Shown piece after piece: positions 53,796-64,000 of a DNA stretch of 64,000 bases; the stretch's first letter is position 1, and the number at the start of each line of letters is the position of its first letter. The stretch comes from Octopus bimaculoides. Taxonomy: Eukaryota. Made by a program: the position numbers and the translations under genes. The notes below the pieces were generated by a model. The model saw nothing but the letters and a program-made list of their open reading frames with translations. It was not told the DNA's origin and did no database searches. The stretch lies in assembly GCF_001194135.2 (NCBI RefSeq), contig NC_068995.1, positions 56,321,247 through 56,385,246 of the forward strand. The letters are read 5' to 3'.

Positions 53796-54819
53796 TAAAT
53801 ATCGTATTATTATTTTTTCGGTAGAAATTGTTTTAAAAAAAGTAGAAAAAACATCCAAGTGTAATGCTCATAGAATTTCCGTTGCATAAAGTTTTGAAAA
53901 ATCTTTAATTCATGAAATCTATTCTGATCTTTTCAATTGACTTGCATACTGAGATGCTGTCATCACTCATAAACCTTGTCAAATAAATTGCACACGATTT
54001 TTATGACTGAATTGCAAACTCTGGAGCACTGCCGGGCCCTTGTTCTTCAAAACAGAAATCTATTTTAGTCTTTGACCTCAAAACAACCATAACAACAGAA
54101 CTAAAAGTAAAACAAAATAAGCGAAAACCAACATTATCAGCTTACACAGAACAAACATGGTTTTGAATATCTCATATATGGTATAAGATTAAACTGTCTG
54201 TGTATAAACTGTTTTCTCACCTCACAATTCTGTCTAGTTATTATTATACACAATGACTTATTCAGGAGAAACTGCAATTCTCAGAGGGAATCACAATTGA
54301 CAATAACAACAAAGAAAGACAGAAAGAACATTTTTCTCTCTTGTCTTTTAAGTTTTATTTCTTCATCCTAATCTAGGATTGGACTTAGCCATTCTGTTCT
54401 TTTGATTAATAGATATTGTAGCTACCTTTCCATATTACACTTATTATTGGGTTGATTATCTAACTGGGAGAACTATGCTAAAAACATCTATTAAAGTATT
54501 TTAATATTATTTTCTTTATGCATTTTATATTTTTGCTATATTGACAAACTCTTCCTATTTCCTGATGAATAGGGTGAGAAATTAAATACAAAACGTCACA
54601 ATCAAAATTTCTGGGTAGTAAAACGAAAATAAACATAAAAAGATGAAAAATATATCACTAATTTTTTTGAAATATAAAAACTAGTGAGTCACATTATATT
54701 CAAGATGAAGATGGTGTAGTACTCTAGTAAATATGTTTGTACTCTCTGTACTCTCTGTAAAGTGGCTGGAAATACATATGTATGTGTATAAATGTATACA
54801 TATGTAGTATGTATTTATA

Positions 54820-55022
54820 TATATGTCTATGTTTGTCTGCTTTTAGTGTCTGGTATTTATCGCCACAACTTGGCAATGGTGTTGGTTTGTTTATGTCCCA
54901 ATAATTTTGGAGTTTAATAAAGAGACTGACTTAAAAACAAAACAAAACAAATATCTTAAGTACTGGGATCAATTTGTTTGGCTAAAATCCTATAAGGTGG
55001 TACTCCAGCATGGCCACAGTCC
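54820..55022 (+). mobile_element. Family B SINE tail, cut by a family D insertion
   Basis: GGTGTTGGTTTGTTTATGTCCC...CTCCAGCATGGCCACAGTCC stops where the family D copy begins. Confidence 0.7.
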
Positions 55023-55250
55023 GGTTTCTTAATTGCCCACAGGGGGTTACACATCAAAGGGACAAACAAGGACAGACAAAGGGATTAAGTCGATTACATC
55101 AACCCCAGTATGCATCTGGTACCTAATTTATCGACCCTGAAAGGATGAAAGGCAAAGTCGACCTCAGCGGAATTTGAACTCAAAATGTAACGGCAGACGA
55201 AATACCACTAAGCATTTCACCCGGTGTGCTAACGTTTCTGCCACCTCACC
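55022..55250 (-). mobile_element. Family D SINE, well preserved and CpG-retaining
   Basis: The reverse complement reads GTGGCAGAAACGTTAGCACACCGGGTGAAATGCTTAG...GAGTTCAAATTCCGCTGAGGTCGACTTTGCC, with A and B boxes. Confidence 0.9.
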
Positions 55251-55900
55251 ACCTTAATATAATTGAAGACAAGGAGGAATGAGTAATAACAGCATCTGAT
55301 GAAGAATATGGAATTGTTAGGAATACTGCGACAAAGACTGAAGACCAGAAAGATTGCATAGAGGAAGAGAAGTGGTAAACAGTGGTAATGGCGTTGGTGC
55401 TGATGTTTGCAGGGTTTAGAATCTGTGAACAGTTTCATTTCATACAAAGACCTTGCTCCAAGCGGTGTCTGTTAATACCGTTCTATAGCCATGCTGTTGT
55501 CTTTAATCTCATTAAAAACTCTAAGGAAATGTTTCTCGTTGCACCGTTAGCTGTTAGAGCAAAATGGCTAAGACATTATTACATAACTACAATGGGAGGA
55601 TTTCAGGGAAAGAGAAAGAAAAGGCGAGAAATAAAGGGTTGAATAGGGAGTAGAAATGGAGGGATGGCGGGGGGGGGGCTGAGAAGAAAGGGAAGAAAAG
55701 TAGGGTATGATGAATGTAAGTGGGTGGGGGGTGGGGGTGAAATAAAATAGAAATAACTGTAAAGATAGAGAGAACATATAAGGGTAAGTATAAGGAGAAT
55801 GTGCAGGGGAGATGATGCCATGTTTGATTATTTTTTTTTGTGTTTGTGTACAAGTGAGTGTGATATATCTATACCTACCTACACACACATAATACATATA

Positions 55901-55931
<31 letters not shown>

Positions 55932-55971
55932 GTATGCGTGTGTATATACACACAAACACACACACACACGC

Positions 55972-56006
<35 letters not shown>

Positions 56007-56930
56007 TATGCATATATATCAGGCAAAACAAAATATATTTTGTTGGATTCATGGCATAGTTATGGATTATTTATATATACATATTATAATATATATCATA
56101 TATATAGCATACATATATATAAATATATATATATTACATAACATATGTATATATTACACTATTCCCATCTGTCTATATCTACATCTATCTATCTATATAT
56201 GAGAGAGAGAGAGAGATAGAGAGAAAGAGCATGTACTAGTGCATGGCTCTATGACAGAAGTATGAATGCGTGTGATTGAAGTGTTAGTATGAGAGTTTGT
56301 ATGTTCCAGGCTGGAATTCAATTTAAATATTCACAATCAATTTATTGTTGAAAATTGCTAACAACAAAATGGTAGCATTGAACAACAGCGCCTCTGGAAG
56401 ATCTGATTCTTTTGAGAATAGAACAGTGTAATAGCAGTAGAGGGAGGAATGGGGGAGGGGTTAGAAGGTGAACAAGGAAGGGCCTAGGTAGCAGTCGTGA
56501 GGCTCTTTAGGGGAGTGAGGATGTTGGAAGGAGAGGAAACAAAACAATGTTGGTTATACTGAATGGAAATAAAAGAAAACTGGAAATTTTTTGAAGAATT
56601 AAATGAATCAAATTCTTTAGATATTAAGCATTTTGACAAGTAAAATACAAAAAAAAAGAAACTGTCATTATGTTTAATTTGTTTTTATTTTCCATTTCCT
56701 TCTTCCCTTGGTGCTACCAAACTCAACTTTCATCTTAACCTTCATTTACCACCATCACAGTATTCTGTACCTTTTGGTGCACCTCAAGGAATACAATTAC
56801 CGTTAAGGTCTTTGGTATTTTCAACATTTGGTTAGTTTCTATTATGTATTTTACATACCCGAATAATGAAACGAAATGAAATTCTATAGCTGATATGTGT
56901 GTGTGTGTGTGTGTGTGTGTACACACACAT

Positions 56931-56982
<52 letters not shown>

Positions 56983-57214
56983 TCAGAAAGGCATGAATCT
57001 GAAGAAGAAGCACACTTCAAGTTATAGAGCAGCAGAGTAATCAGACAGGGATAGTCATGGCCGGACTGTGGGGTTACCCAGGGTTTCAAGTCCATGAAAC
57101 ACTTAGCTTTATGGCATCTCTTCACATATAAACACACACACACATACATACACAGATATAGTAGTAAACTTGTGCTGTTGAAAATGCGAATATTTCAAGA
57201 GGAAATAAGGTGAA

Positions 57215-57535
57215 GTTGGAAATTAAGAAATGTATTGGCATTCTACATATTCCATTTATTCACCTGAGTTGGCCCCATCGGATTATAATCTGTTCCCCAA
57301 CAAGGAAAAGCACTAGGCTGGGAGCTGGCATCAGAGTGAGATCGACGCCATGTCTGCTGTTGGGAACTTTTTTGAGCAACAGCGGGAAAGCTTCTTCATC
57401 AATGGGATCCAAGTGCACTGCAACTCCAATGGAAGAAGGACAAAGACTGCAGGAGTGTGTGTGTGGGGGGGGGGGGGGCGGAGATGCTGTTGAAAGATAA
57501 ACCTCATTCGGTCACATTCCATGATGATATCAATA
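57215..57535 (+). mobile_element. Tc1/mariner (mariner-type) transposase C-terminal remnant
   Basis: From 57257 it reads YSPELAPSDYNLFPNKEKH*AGSWHQSEIDAMSAVGNFFEQQRESFFINGIQ, containing the mariner YSPDLAPSDY motif, with a stop and frameshifts. Confidence 0.9.
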
Positions 57536-58590
57536 TATTCTTCTTCACAGTATCTGCAGTGAATTTGCCTTCGGAAGTTAAACTATGTCGCAAATATATT
57601 TTGACTAACCTAACGTTTATTTCATATATTACAAATAGATGTAAATTACTAATCTTTCCAGAAGAATGGTACATTTTCTTTGACAAAACTTTTTGTAGAG
57701 TAAACTAGAAAATGGTCAAATAGATTCCACTTTTTCTGTCTACAAGGAGATAAAAGAATACAAAGTGGTGTAACCACTTTGTTTACAAGGTTCAGAGAAA
57801 CTGTATGTTTATGAACAAAAGGTAAAGATTATATTTCAAATTATAGCTGGGTTGATATGTTTTAGGGACCTACAATTTTGATTTGAAAGTCAGTCCTGAG
57901 ATTATTGACTTCTGATTAGATTAGGGTATAAAGAATATATGATATTAAGAAGTTGAGTCGAAGACATTAAAAAACAGCAACAACAAACAAAAAAAACAGA
58001 AAAACAAAGGGGGGAAGAGCAAAGGACTTATTTAGGTCTTAGCAGAAAGACTTAGAAGTGTAACGAGAGAGAGAGAGAGAATGCAGATCCATAATTCAAA
58101 TGTGACACAGTAGCGTCATTCCACAGCAGCACTGCAACCACCACCACCACCATCACCACATGCAAGTCGATGAATGAGATGAAACAACACATCACTCATG
58201 CATTGGTCTTCTTTTGGCAAGTAGAGTCCTGTAGGAGACTTTAGTAGGCTTTGCAGATGTTGAGTGCGCAGTGAGTGAGCAAGCAAGGAACGAATGTCTG
58301 TCAGGGAAGCATCTGTTTGTAACATATAAGGGCAAGTTCACTAGTTAACCTTGATTTATGAAAGAAAGCTTGTGGAGATGCTGACTGATGTGAGAGAATG
58401 ACAACTTTGGGTAGCTAGTGATGACTCACCCTAGCTATTTACAACATTGATTAATGATGCTTGTAATTTAAGTTTCCACTGTAATACACAGATGACAAAG
58501 ATTAGACTCTTTAAGAGCTTCACTGGTAATCAGAGAATTTAAACAGTTCATATACTGCCGTTCATTTGCATAATACAGAATTAGAGTCAG

Positions 58591-58643
<53 letters not shown>

Positions 58644-58886
58644 TAACTGCATTTGCATAACCAATCATATGTTCCTTTCTAGTTATTTCAATTACACACA
58701 CCTAGGATTATGTACATGTGTGTGTGTGTGTGTGTGTGTGTCTGTGTGTGTATCTATACACACACACATACACTCACAAAAATATCTGAGTTCATACATC
58801 TGTGTGAGTGTGTGTGTGTGCTTGCATGCATATTTATGCATTTGTGTATCTGTATGTGTGTTCACACGCACACACACACACACACA

Positions 58887-58925
58887 TATGAGGAGTATTC
58901 CAAAAGTTTTGTGCCTCACTATGAT
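58887..58925 (+). mobile_element. Isolated mariner-like terminal inverted repeat
   Basis: TA followed by TGAGGAGTATTCCAAAAGTT resembles mariner TIRs of the CGAGGGGTCTTCAAAAAGTT type. No partner end was seen. Confidence 0.35.
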
Positions 58926-60419
58926 TCCTTAAGAAAAAGATGATAAAATATGCATTTTCTGCTGCAGAACTGATGTGGACCATGATGATCCATCTAACCC
59001 ATGCTGGTGTGGAATGCAAATGTAAATGATGGTGATGACGATTGTGGTTCTGATGGTCCTGATAATGGTGATGATAATCATGATGATCATGATGACAATG
59101 ATGGTGATGATGACCATGGTGATTTTGTTCCAAGTTTAAGTTAAGAAGCAATGACTAGTCCCCACTTGAACAGAATTGTATGTGGCGGGAAGCTATTATG
59201 ATAAACAGAATTAAAGAGAGGAAATATAAAAGAGTGTAAATGTCTGTTAAACACGAGAGTAGCAAGAATGAAGAGAATAAGCGTAATGGCACAACGAAGA
59301 TGCATCAGGAGTTAATTTTAGACAACAGAGGACCATTAGCAAATAACAAACACTAATTACAGGGTTCATAACATATTCACACCTGTTATCGTTGCAATCT
59401 TCAGATTAATAGTATCTGCTAGTAAGAAATTATATAAGAACTGTAAAGAATGTATGCCATAAACAAAAACTGGACATCAAAGTGATTTCCTGTAATGTTT
59501 AGCAACTGTTACAAATAAAATGGAATTTACTATGAAAGAACTGAGCATTCTTCTCCCTACTTTCTACTTCAAATCCTAAACAATAAATCTGTGCAAATAT
59601 CAAATAGTAGTAGTCGTAGTAGTAATAAATAATAATAATAATAATAATAATAATGGTTTCAGTTGACAGTAATGTAGTGTAAGAATCTCTTTTTGATTTT
59701 GATCAAATATGAAAAAGAGGAAGATCAAATAGAAGTGATGACAACAGATCAACCATAATCCTTATCAATGGAATAACCATTGCTGCTTAGCTGTTTGTAA
59801 TTGCATGTATGTTGTTGCAGAAAAGAGATAATTACCGATGTTGCAAAAGTGATGGAGTGAGTTCAAGAAAATTTCTTAAAAACAGCAAGGATCATTGGGA
59901 AAGGACAGCCTTGACATCTTGTTGATTATTAAAAGGTCTTTAAGTACAATATCACTTTCAGTTTAGTTATATAAACAATCAATAACTTTTTTTTTAAATG
60001 TATGCAGAAATTATTATAAATGATGGAGATAAAAATCCTGAAGATTGAGAATGATTTAGGAAAAAGATTAAAGAAAAGGATGCAAAATTGGAAAAAACAA
60101 AATGAACACCTATTTGTGTCTAAACTTTATCTTTAATTTGTATTTCTGGTAATTTGAAGAAAATGTCTTTGTAATGGCTGGTAATTAACAGAGATAAAGA
60201 ATAATTATGAATGAAAGTTAAAAAACATTAAAAATTTATATGTGTGTGTGTGTTTGTGTCTGTATACATATACGTGTGTAGGTATATAGATAAAAAGATC
60301 AATGTGTGTGTGTGTGTGCATGTAGATATATATATATATAAATTAACTGCATATATATATCAATTATATACATATTTATATCACCATTATCATCATCGGT
60401 CAATGTCCAACCACAGATT

Positions 60420-60790
60420 AGGTCTGTAGACCTTAACACGTTGTCCCATAGGAAATTCTAGTTCATCCTCTTTGTTATATGTCTCCAACTCCTTCTTTTC
60501 CTTCTCATCAAATACTTCAATTAGAATATCTCTAAATTTCTACTGGTTTGCTGGGTTTTGAGCTTCCATAACCTCCTTTTCCAGACTGATTTGTTTCTCT
60601 GGGTCCTCCTAGCTTCAATTCTGTGGTTACTACCTACGAGCCTATGTTGGGTTGTATATTCTTCACCTGAGAGAGACTGCATTTACAAACATCTGTCTAT
60701 CTTGTTGTCTGATGAAGATGTCAGCAATTTGGTTTGTCTACCTATCAGACTGACTGGTGATCAGACAGCAGGTTGATTTTCTGAGGTTAG
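60420..60790 (-). mobile_element. RTE-clade LINE fragment (endonuclease C-terminus plus linker), decayed
   Basis: Frameshifted pieces read NQIADIFIRQQDRQMFVNA / GEEYTTQHRLVGSNHRIEARR...WKRRLWKLK / KFRDILIEVFDE, matching the RTE QID(Y/F)IL...PGEEC..QHRLVV..D pattern. Confidence 0.85.
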
Positions 60791-60857
60791 AGTTGCAAGC
60801 CAACAAACATACATGTATACTTATATTTATATATACATATATAAATTACACATCTGC

Positions 60858-60894
<37 letters not shown>

Positions 60895-60979
60895 GATATA
60901 TATATTTATATATGTGTGCTTACATACAGATGTACATACAAGCACTGAATGGAGATATAAATATATCAAACTGGTGAGC

Positions 60980-61400
60980 ATTAACAGAAACAAAATTGAT
61001 ACCTAAAAGCAAAGCCATTCACATGGCAAAAATTATTGATCAATTCCATGCTAGAATTTAATGTATACAATATAAACAGCCTATCCAAACCTATTCCTCC
61101 AGGATCACTACGATAGTAACAATATCATCATGGCTGGACAAGCAACTGGGAAAAAAATAAGCTTGGAGATGCGCTGAGAAACTTTTAATTGACAAAACTG
61201 AGATGCCACAGGTGCAGCAGTATATGAGGAACTGGGATTAGGAAGCATTCAATTCTGTTCTTCATTCTTGAACAGTAGAAGCTCTTCAACTTGCTAAATT
61301 TCCCAAAAACATAATCAGAACCAAAGACAATTTAGCTTCATTCAATGTAGCCATAGCGAAGTTAAATAGAGGAAGTGATTATATTGTTAATGATAGGACA
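60980..61400 (+). mobile_element. R4/Dong-like non-LTR RT, 5' part, decayed
   Basis: Pieces TKLIPK...AKNY*SIPC*NLMY / DHYDSNNIIMAGQATGKK / CAEKLLIDK...WD*EAFNSVLHS*TVEALQLAK correspond to the LIPK..NYRPIxCL, GCxxQLLIxK and KAFDSVPHSW motifs. Confidence 0.85.
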
Positions 61401-61557
61401 GGCAGTGGCTGTGTGGTTAAGTAGTTTGCTTTCCAGCCACATGGTTTTGATTTCAGTCCCACTGGCATCCTAAGCAAGTGACTTCTACTATAGCCCTAGG
61501 TTGACCAAGCTTTGTGAATGGATTTGGCAAACAAAAGCTGAACAAAGCTTGTCATAC

Positions 61558-61588
<31 letters not shown>

Positions 61589-61855
61589 CCTGTTTACATG
61601 TGTGTGTGTGTGTGTTAGTATCCTTACCATGACATGATGTGATAGTTGTAAGCAAGTTTCACTGCCATGTAAATCTAGTTGGTTTCCAATCTTCTGGGAA
61701 AATAAGGCAGGTCATGTGGAAATATTGCCTTATTCAGAAACAGGTGAGGGTTGGTGATAAGAAGGCCATTTGGCCAGAGTTACTTTGCCTCAACAAATCC
61801 TGTCTGGCCTTTTTGGCCATGGAAAAGTGGACGTTAAAATGATTATGATGATGAA
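61401..61855 (+). mobile_element. Composite SINE (family B head plus family E tail) inserted in the R4/Dong RT
   Basis: Head GTGGCTGTGTGGTTAAG and tail CATGGAAAAGTGGACGTTAAAATGATTATGATG. RT motifs resume immediately after it. Confidence 0.8.
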
Positions 61856-61859
61856 GACA

Positions 61860-62330
61860 GTATCTCCAAGGGATATATTTCAAGGAGACAGCCTCTCTGG
61901 AATAATGCGAATGCTTTTAGTAAAGCCATTGTCCTTTCTGTGAAGGAGATCTGAAGATTTTGCAATTGGCTCACTTGAACAAAAAAACACCAGTTTATTA
62001 TGTAACTTGCTTATAGATGACTTGAAAGTATATAGCAAATATATGAATGGACTGAAGAAAATTCTTGACCAAGTTGGTATGTTCTCAAAAGATATGGGGA
62101 TGAAGTTTGGCCAGGACAATTATCCTGGGAAACCTACAAGTCAGTATGACAACGGTCAATACAAGACTATTTCACTATTACTTCATAAGGAGTGCAACAG
62201 GAAGTGAAGACAGGACAAAAATATATACCTTACCATAGAAATGGTAACAAAGAATGCGGAACTAGGGGAGTAAGGGTCAAATCTGCTTACAAATTCAACT
62301 AAATGTAATACCTACATTTACATAAAAATT
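61860..62330 (+). mobile_element. R4/Dong-like RT, 3' part, decayed
   Basis: A single frame from 61872 reads DIFQGDSLSG...KPLSFL*...LLIDDLKVYSKYMNGLKKILDQVGMFSKDMGMKFGQD. GIFQGDSLS, DDLKxY and FSxDIGMxFG are typical of the R4/Dong clade. A weaker GGRGL-like piece lies near 62260. Confidence 0.9.
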
Positions 62331-62649
62331 CTAGTTTCCAAAAGGATTGGGAAATTTATATAAAGAATTAAGCAGAACAGGAATCTAAGAGTTAATATGT
62401 TAGGCAGATTAACATTATGGCTTCAGAACTAATAAATGTTTTTATAACCAATGTTGGAAAGACTTCTGAACCTTTCTCGCTTTCTGAGAGATGGTTGTCT
62501 ACAAGTGAAGATGAAGCCATGGGTGTCAAAAGCAACAGCCATCACTGTCATCGTTTGAACACCTTTTAGAGAAGAAACCACACAAATTAATATTCAAACC
62601 AAGTTAGATAAATATTTTGAAAACTAAATTTGGCATTGTTTTTGTGCCA

Positions 62650-62669
62650 TTTCTTCTTCTTCTTCTTCT

Positions 62670-62740
<71 letters not shown>
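62650..62740. repeat. Compound (CTT)n(ACT)n microsatellite
   Basis: Seen directly in the sequence. Confidence 0.95.
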
Positions 62741-62754
62741 TTAAAATTAAAAGT

Positions 62755-62925
62755 GGCAAGATGGCAGAATCGTTAGCATGCTGGGCAAAATGCTTAGCAC
62801 CATTTCTTTCAGCTTTATGTTCTGAGTTCAAATCCCATCAAGGTCAACTTTGCCTTTCTTTCAGAATCATTGAAATAGGTACCAGTTATACACTGGAATC
62901 AATGTAGCTGACTAGATACTTGAAA
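62755..62925 (+). mobile_element. Family D SINE
   Basis: TGGCAGAATCGTTAGCATGCTGGGCAAAATGCTTAG...GAGTTCAAATCCC...GGTCAACTTTGCCTTTC. Confidence 0.85.
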
Positions 62926-63833
62926 GACTAGTAGCTGGTTGTGTAGGTTTTAAGATAAGATTGACAAAGCTAGGTTAGTCATTGTTTTATATAAGTACAA
63001 GGTTTTAGAGAAAACAAACTAATATTATATTGAACTCCCGTCTTTCTTAAATGTATAAACTTGCTTCTCTCTACAATTGCTAAAAGTATCTTTACTAAGA
63101 GACCTTCTGAATGCTTATGCAGTGCAGTGAATGGCTCAAATGCAAAATTAAAATAATATTAAAATAAAATGAGAAACACAGAAATGTAAGGAATTTTCTG
63201 TTGTTCATAACAGAAACAAAACAAAAACAATCTAACATAATCCAATTACTTCAAAACTCATAATGATAATTAATAAATGTATTATAATTCATTAAAAAAA
63301 GATAAGAAAATTAATATCAGGCTGTATCTATTTCAAGCAAAAATAAAATATAATCATAGCATAAACTCTGAACTAATGTCTACAGAAATACAGTTTTTCT
63401 GGGAATATCACAGAATTCTTTTGCATCTTCCGTTTTTCCTTACCAATATACGTTCACTTTTTTCCTTGTGTTTTTTTTTTTTAAATTTTATGCGTGTGTT
63501 AATTCTTTTTAGATTCAATAAGGATTGGAGATAGGAAACACTAACAAAATGAGCAAAATATCAAAGGGAAACAGATCAAAGATATGACAACATCTAAGTT
63601 AGCACCCTTGAGTTTTGTGATTTTGTGCTGGATTTAACTAAAAGACGACTTGCATCCATCTTTTCCTCAAGATTTATCTATTTATCTCAGGTATCTTTTT
63701 TTTTCTCTTTTACTTCATAGTATCTCTGTTCATATTCTTCATTTGCTTCTTAGCACATTCTTTTTTTTTTTTATAAAATCCATTCTACCTAATAGGTATG
63801 TGTGTTTGTGCATGTACATATATGCATATACAA

Positions 63834-63931
<98 letters not shown>

Positions 63932-64000
63932 GTATATATATAATGTGGTGTATGTATGTGTGTACATATACACACACATATAAATTGTATATTTTAAGTG

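Noticed and set aside
57760-57782. 10-bp hairpin ACAAAGTGGT-GTA-ACCACTTTGT (similar small hairpin at about 14363-14390)
   Set aside because: Stems this short can arise by chance in 64 kb of AT-rich DNA.

Overview
This is eukaryotic, very AT-rich, microsatellite-saturated DNA with nine N-gaps, almost all bordered by (AT)n, (AC)n or poly-T, as expected from a short-read assembly. The interspersed repeats match SINE and LINE-tail families I recall from Octopus (coleoid cephalopod) genomes, so the host is inferred rather than shown. I cannot support any protein-coding gene, rRNA, tRNA gene or CRISPR array. Nearly all long ORFs in the supplied track are artefacts of microsatellites or N-runs. What can be supported is: (1) dozens of tRNA-headed SINE copies and (GAT)n-tailed retroposon 3' ends in both orientations; (2) decayed coding remnants of an R4/Dong-like RT (about 61.0-62.3 kb, split by a SINE), two RTE-clade LINE pieces (30.3-30.5 kb and 60.4-60.8 kb), a mariner transposase C-terminus (57.2-57.5 kb) and a possible APE-type endonuclease (13.7-14.2 kb); (3) several real inverted-repeat structures, namely a foldback of about 310 bp at 51.2-51.55 kb, a 114-bp MITE-like hairpin at 22.5 kb and a perfect 19-bp hairpin at 49.4 kb. 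The most unusual signal is a fragment at 45.7-46.1 kb whose translation resembles the RT N-terminus of class-III (ERV-L-like) retroviruses more than typical Ty3/Gypsy, and it sits between splice-like signals. This rests on recalled consensus motifs and needs a profile search. I found no convincing new multi-gene system. Family labels A, B, C, D, E and F are my own working names, and repeat boundaries are approximate.
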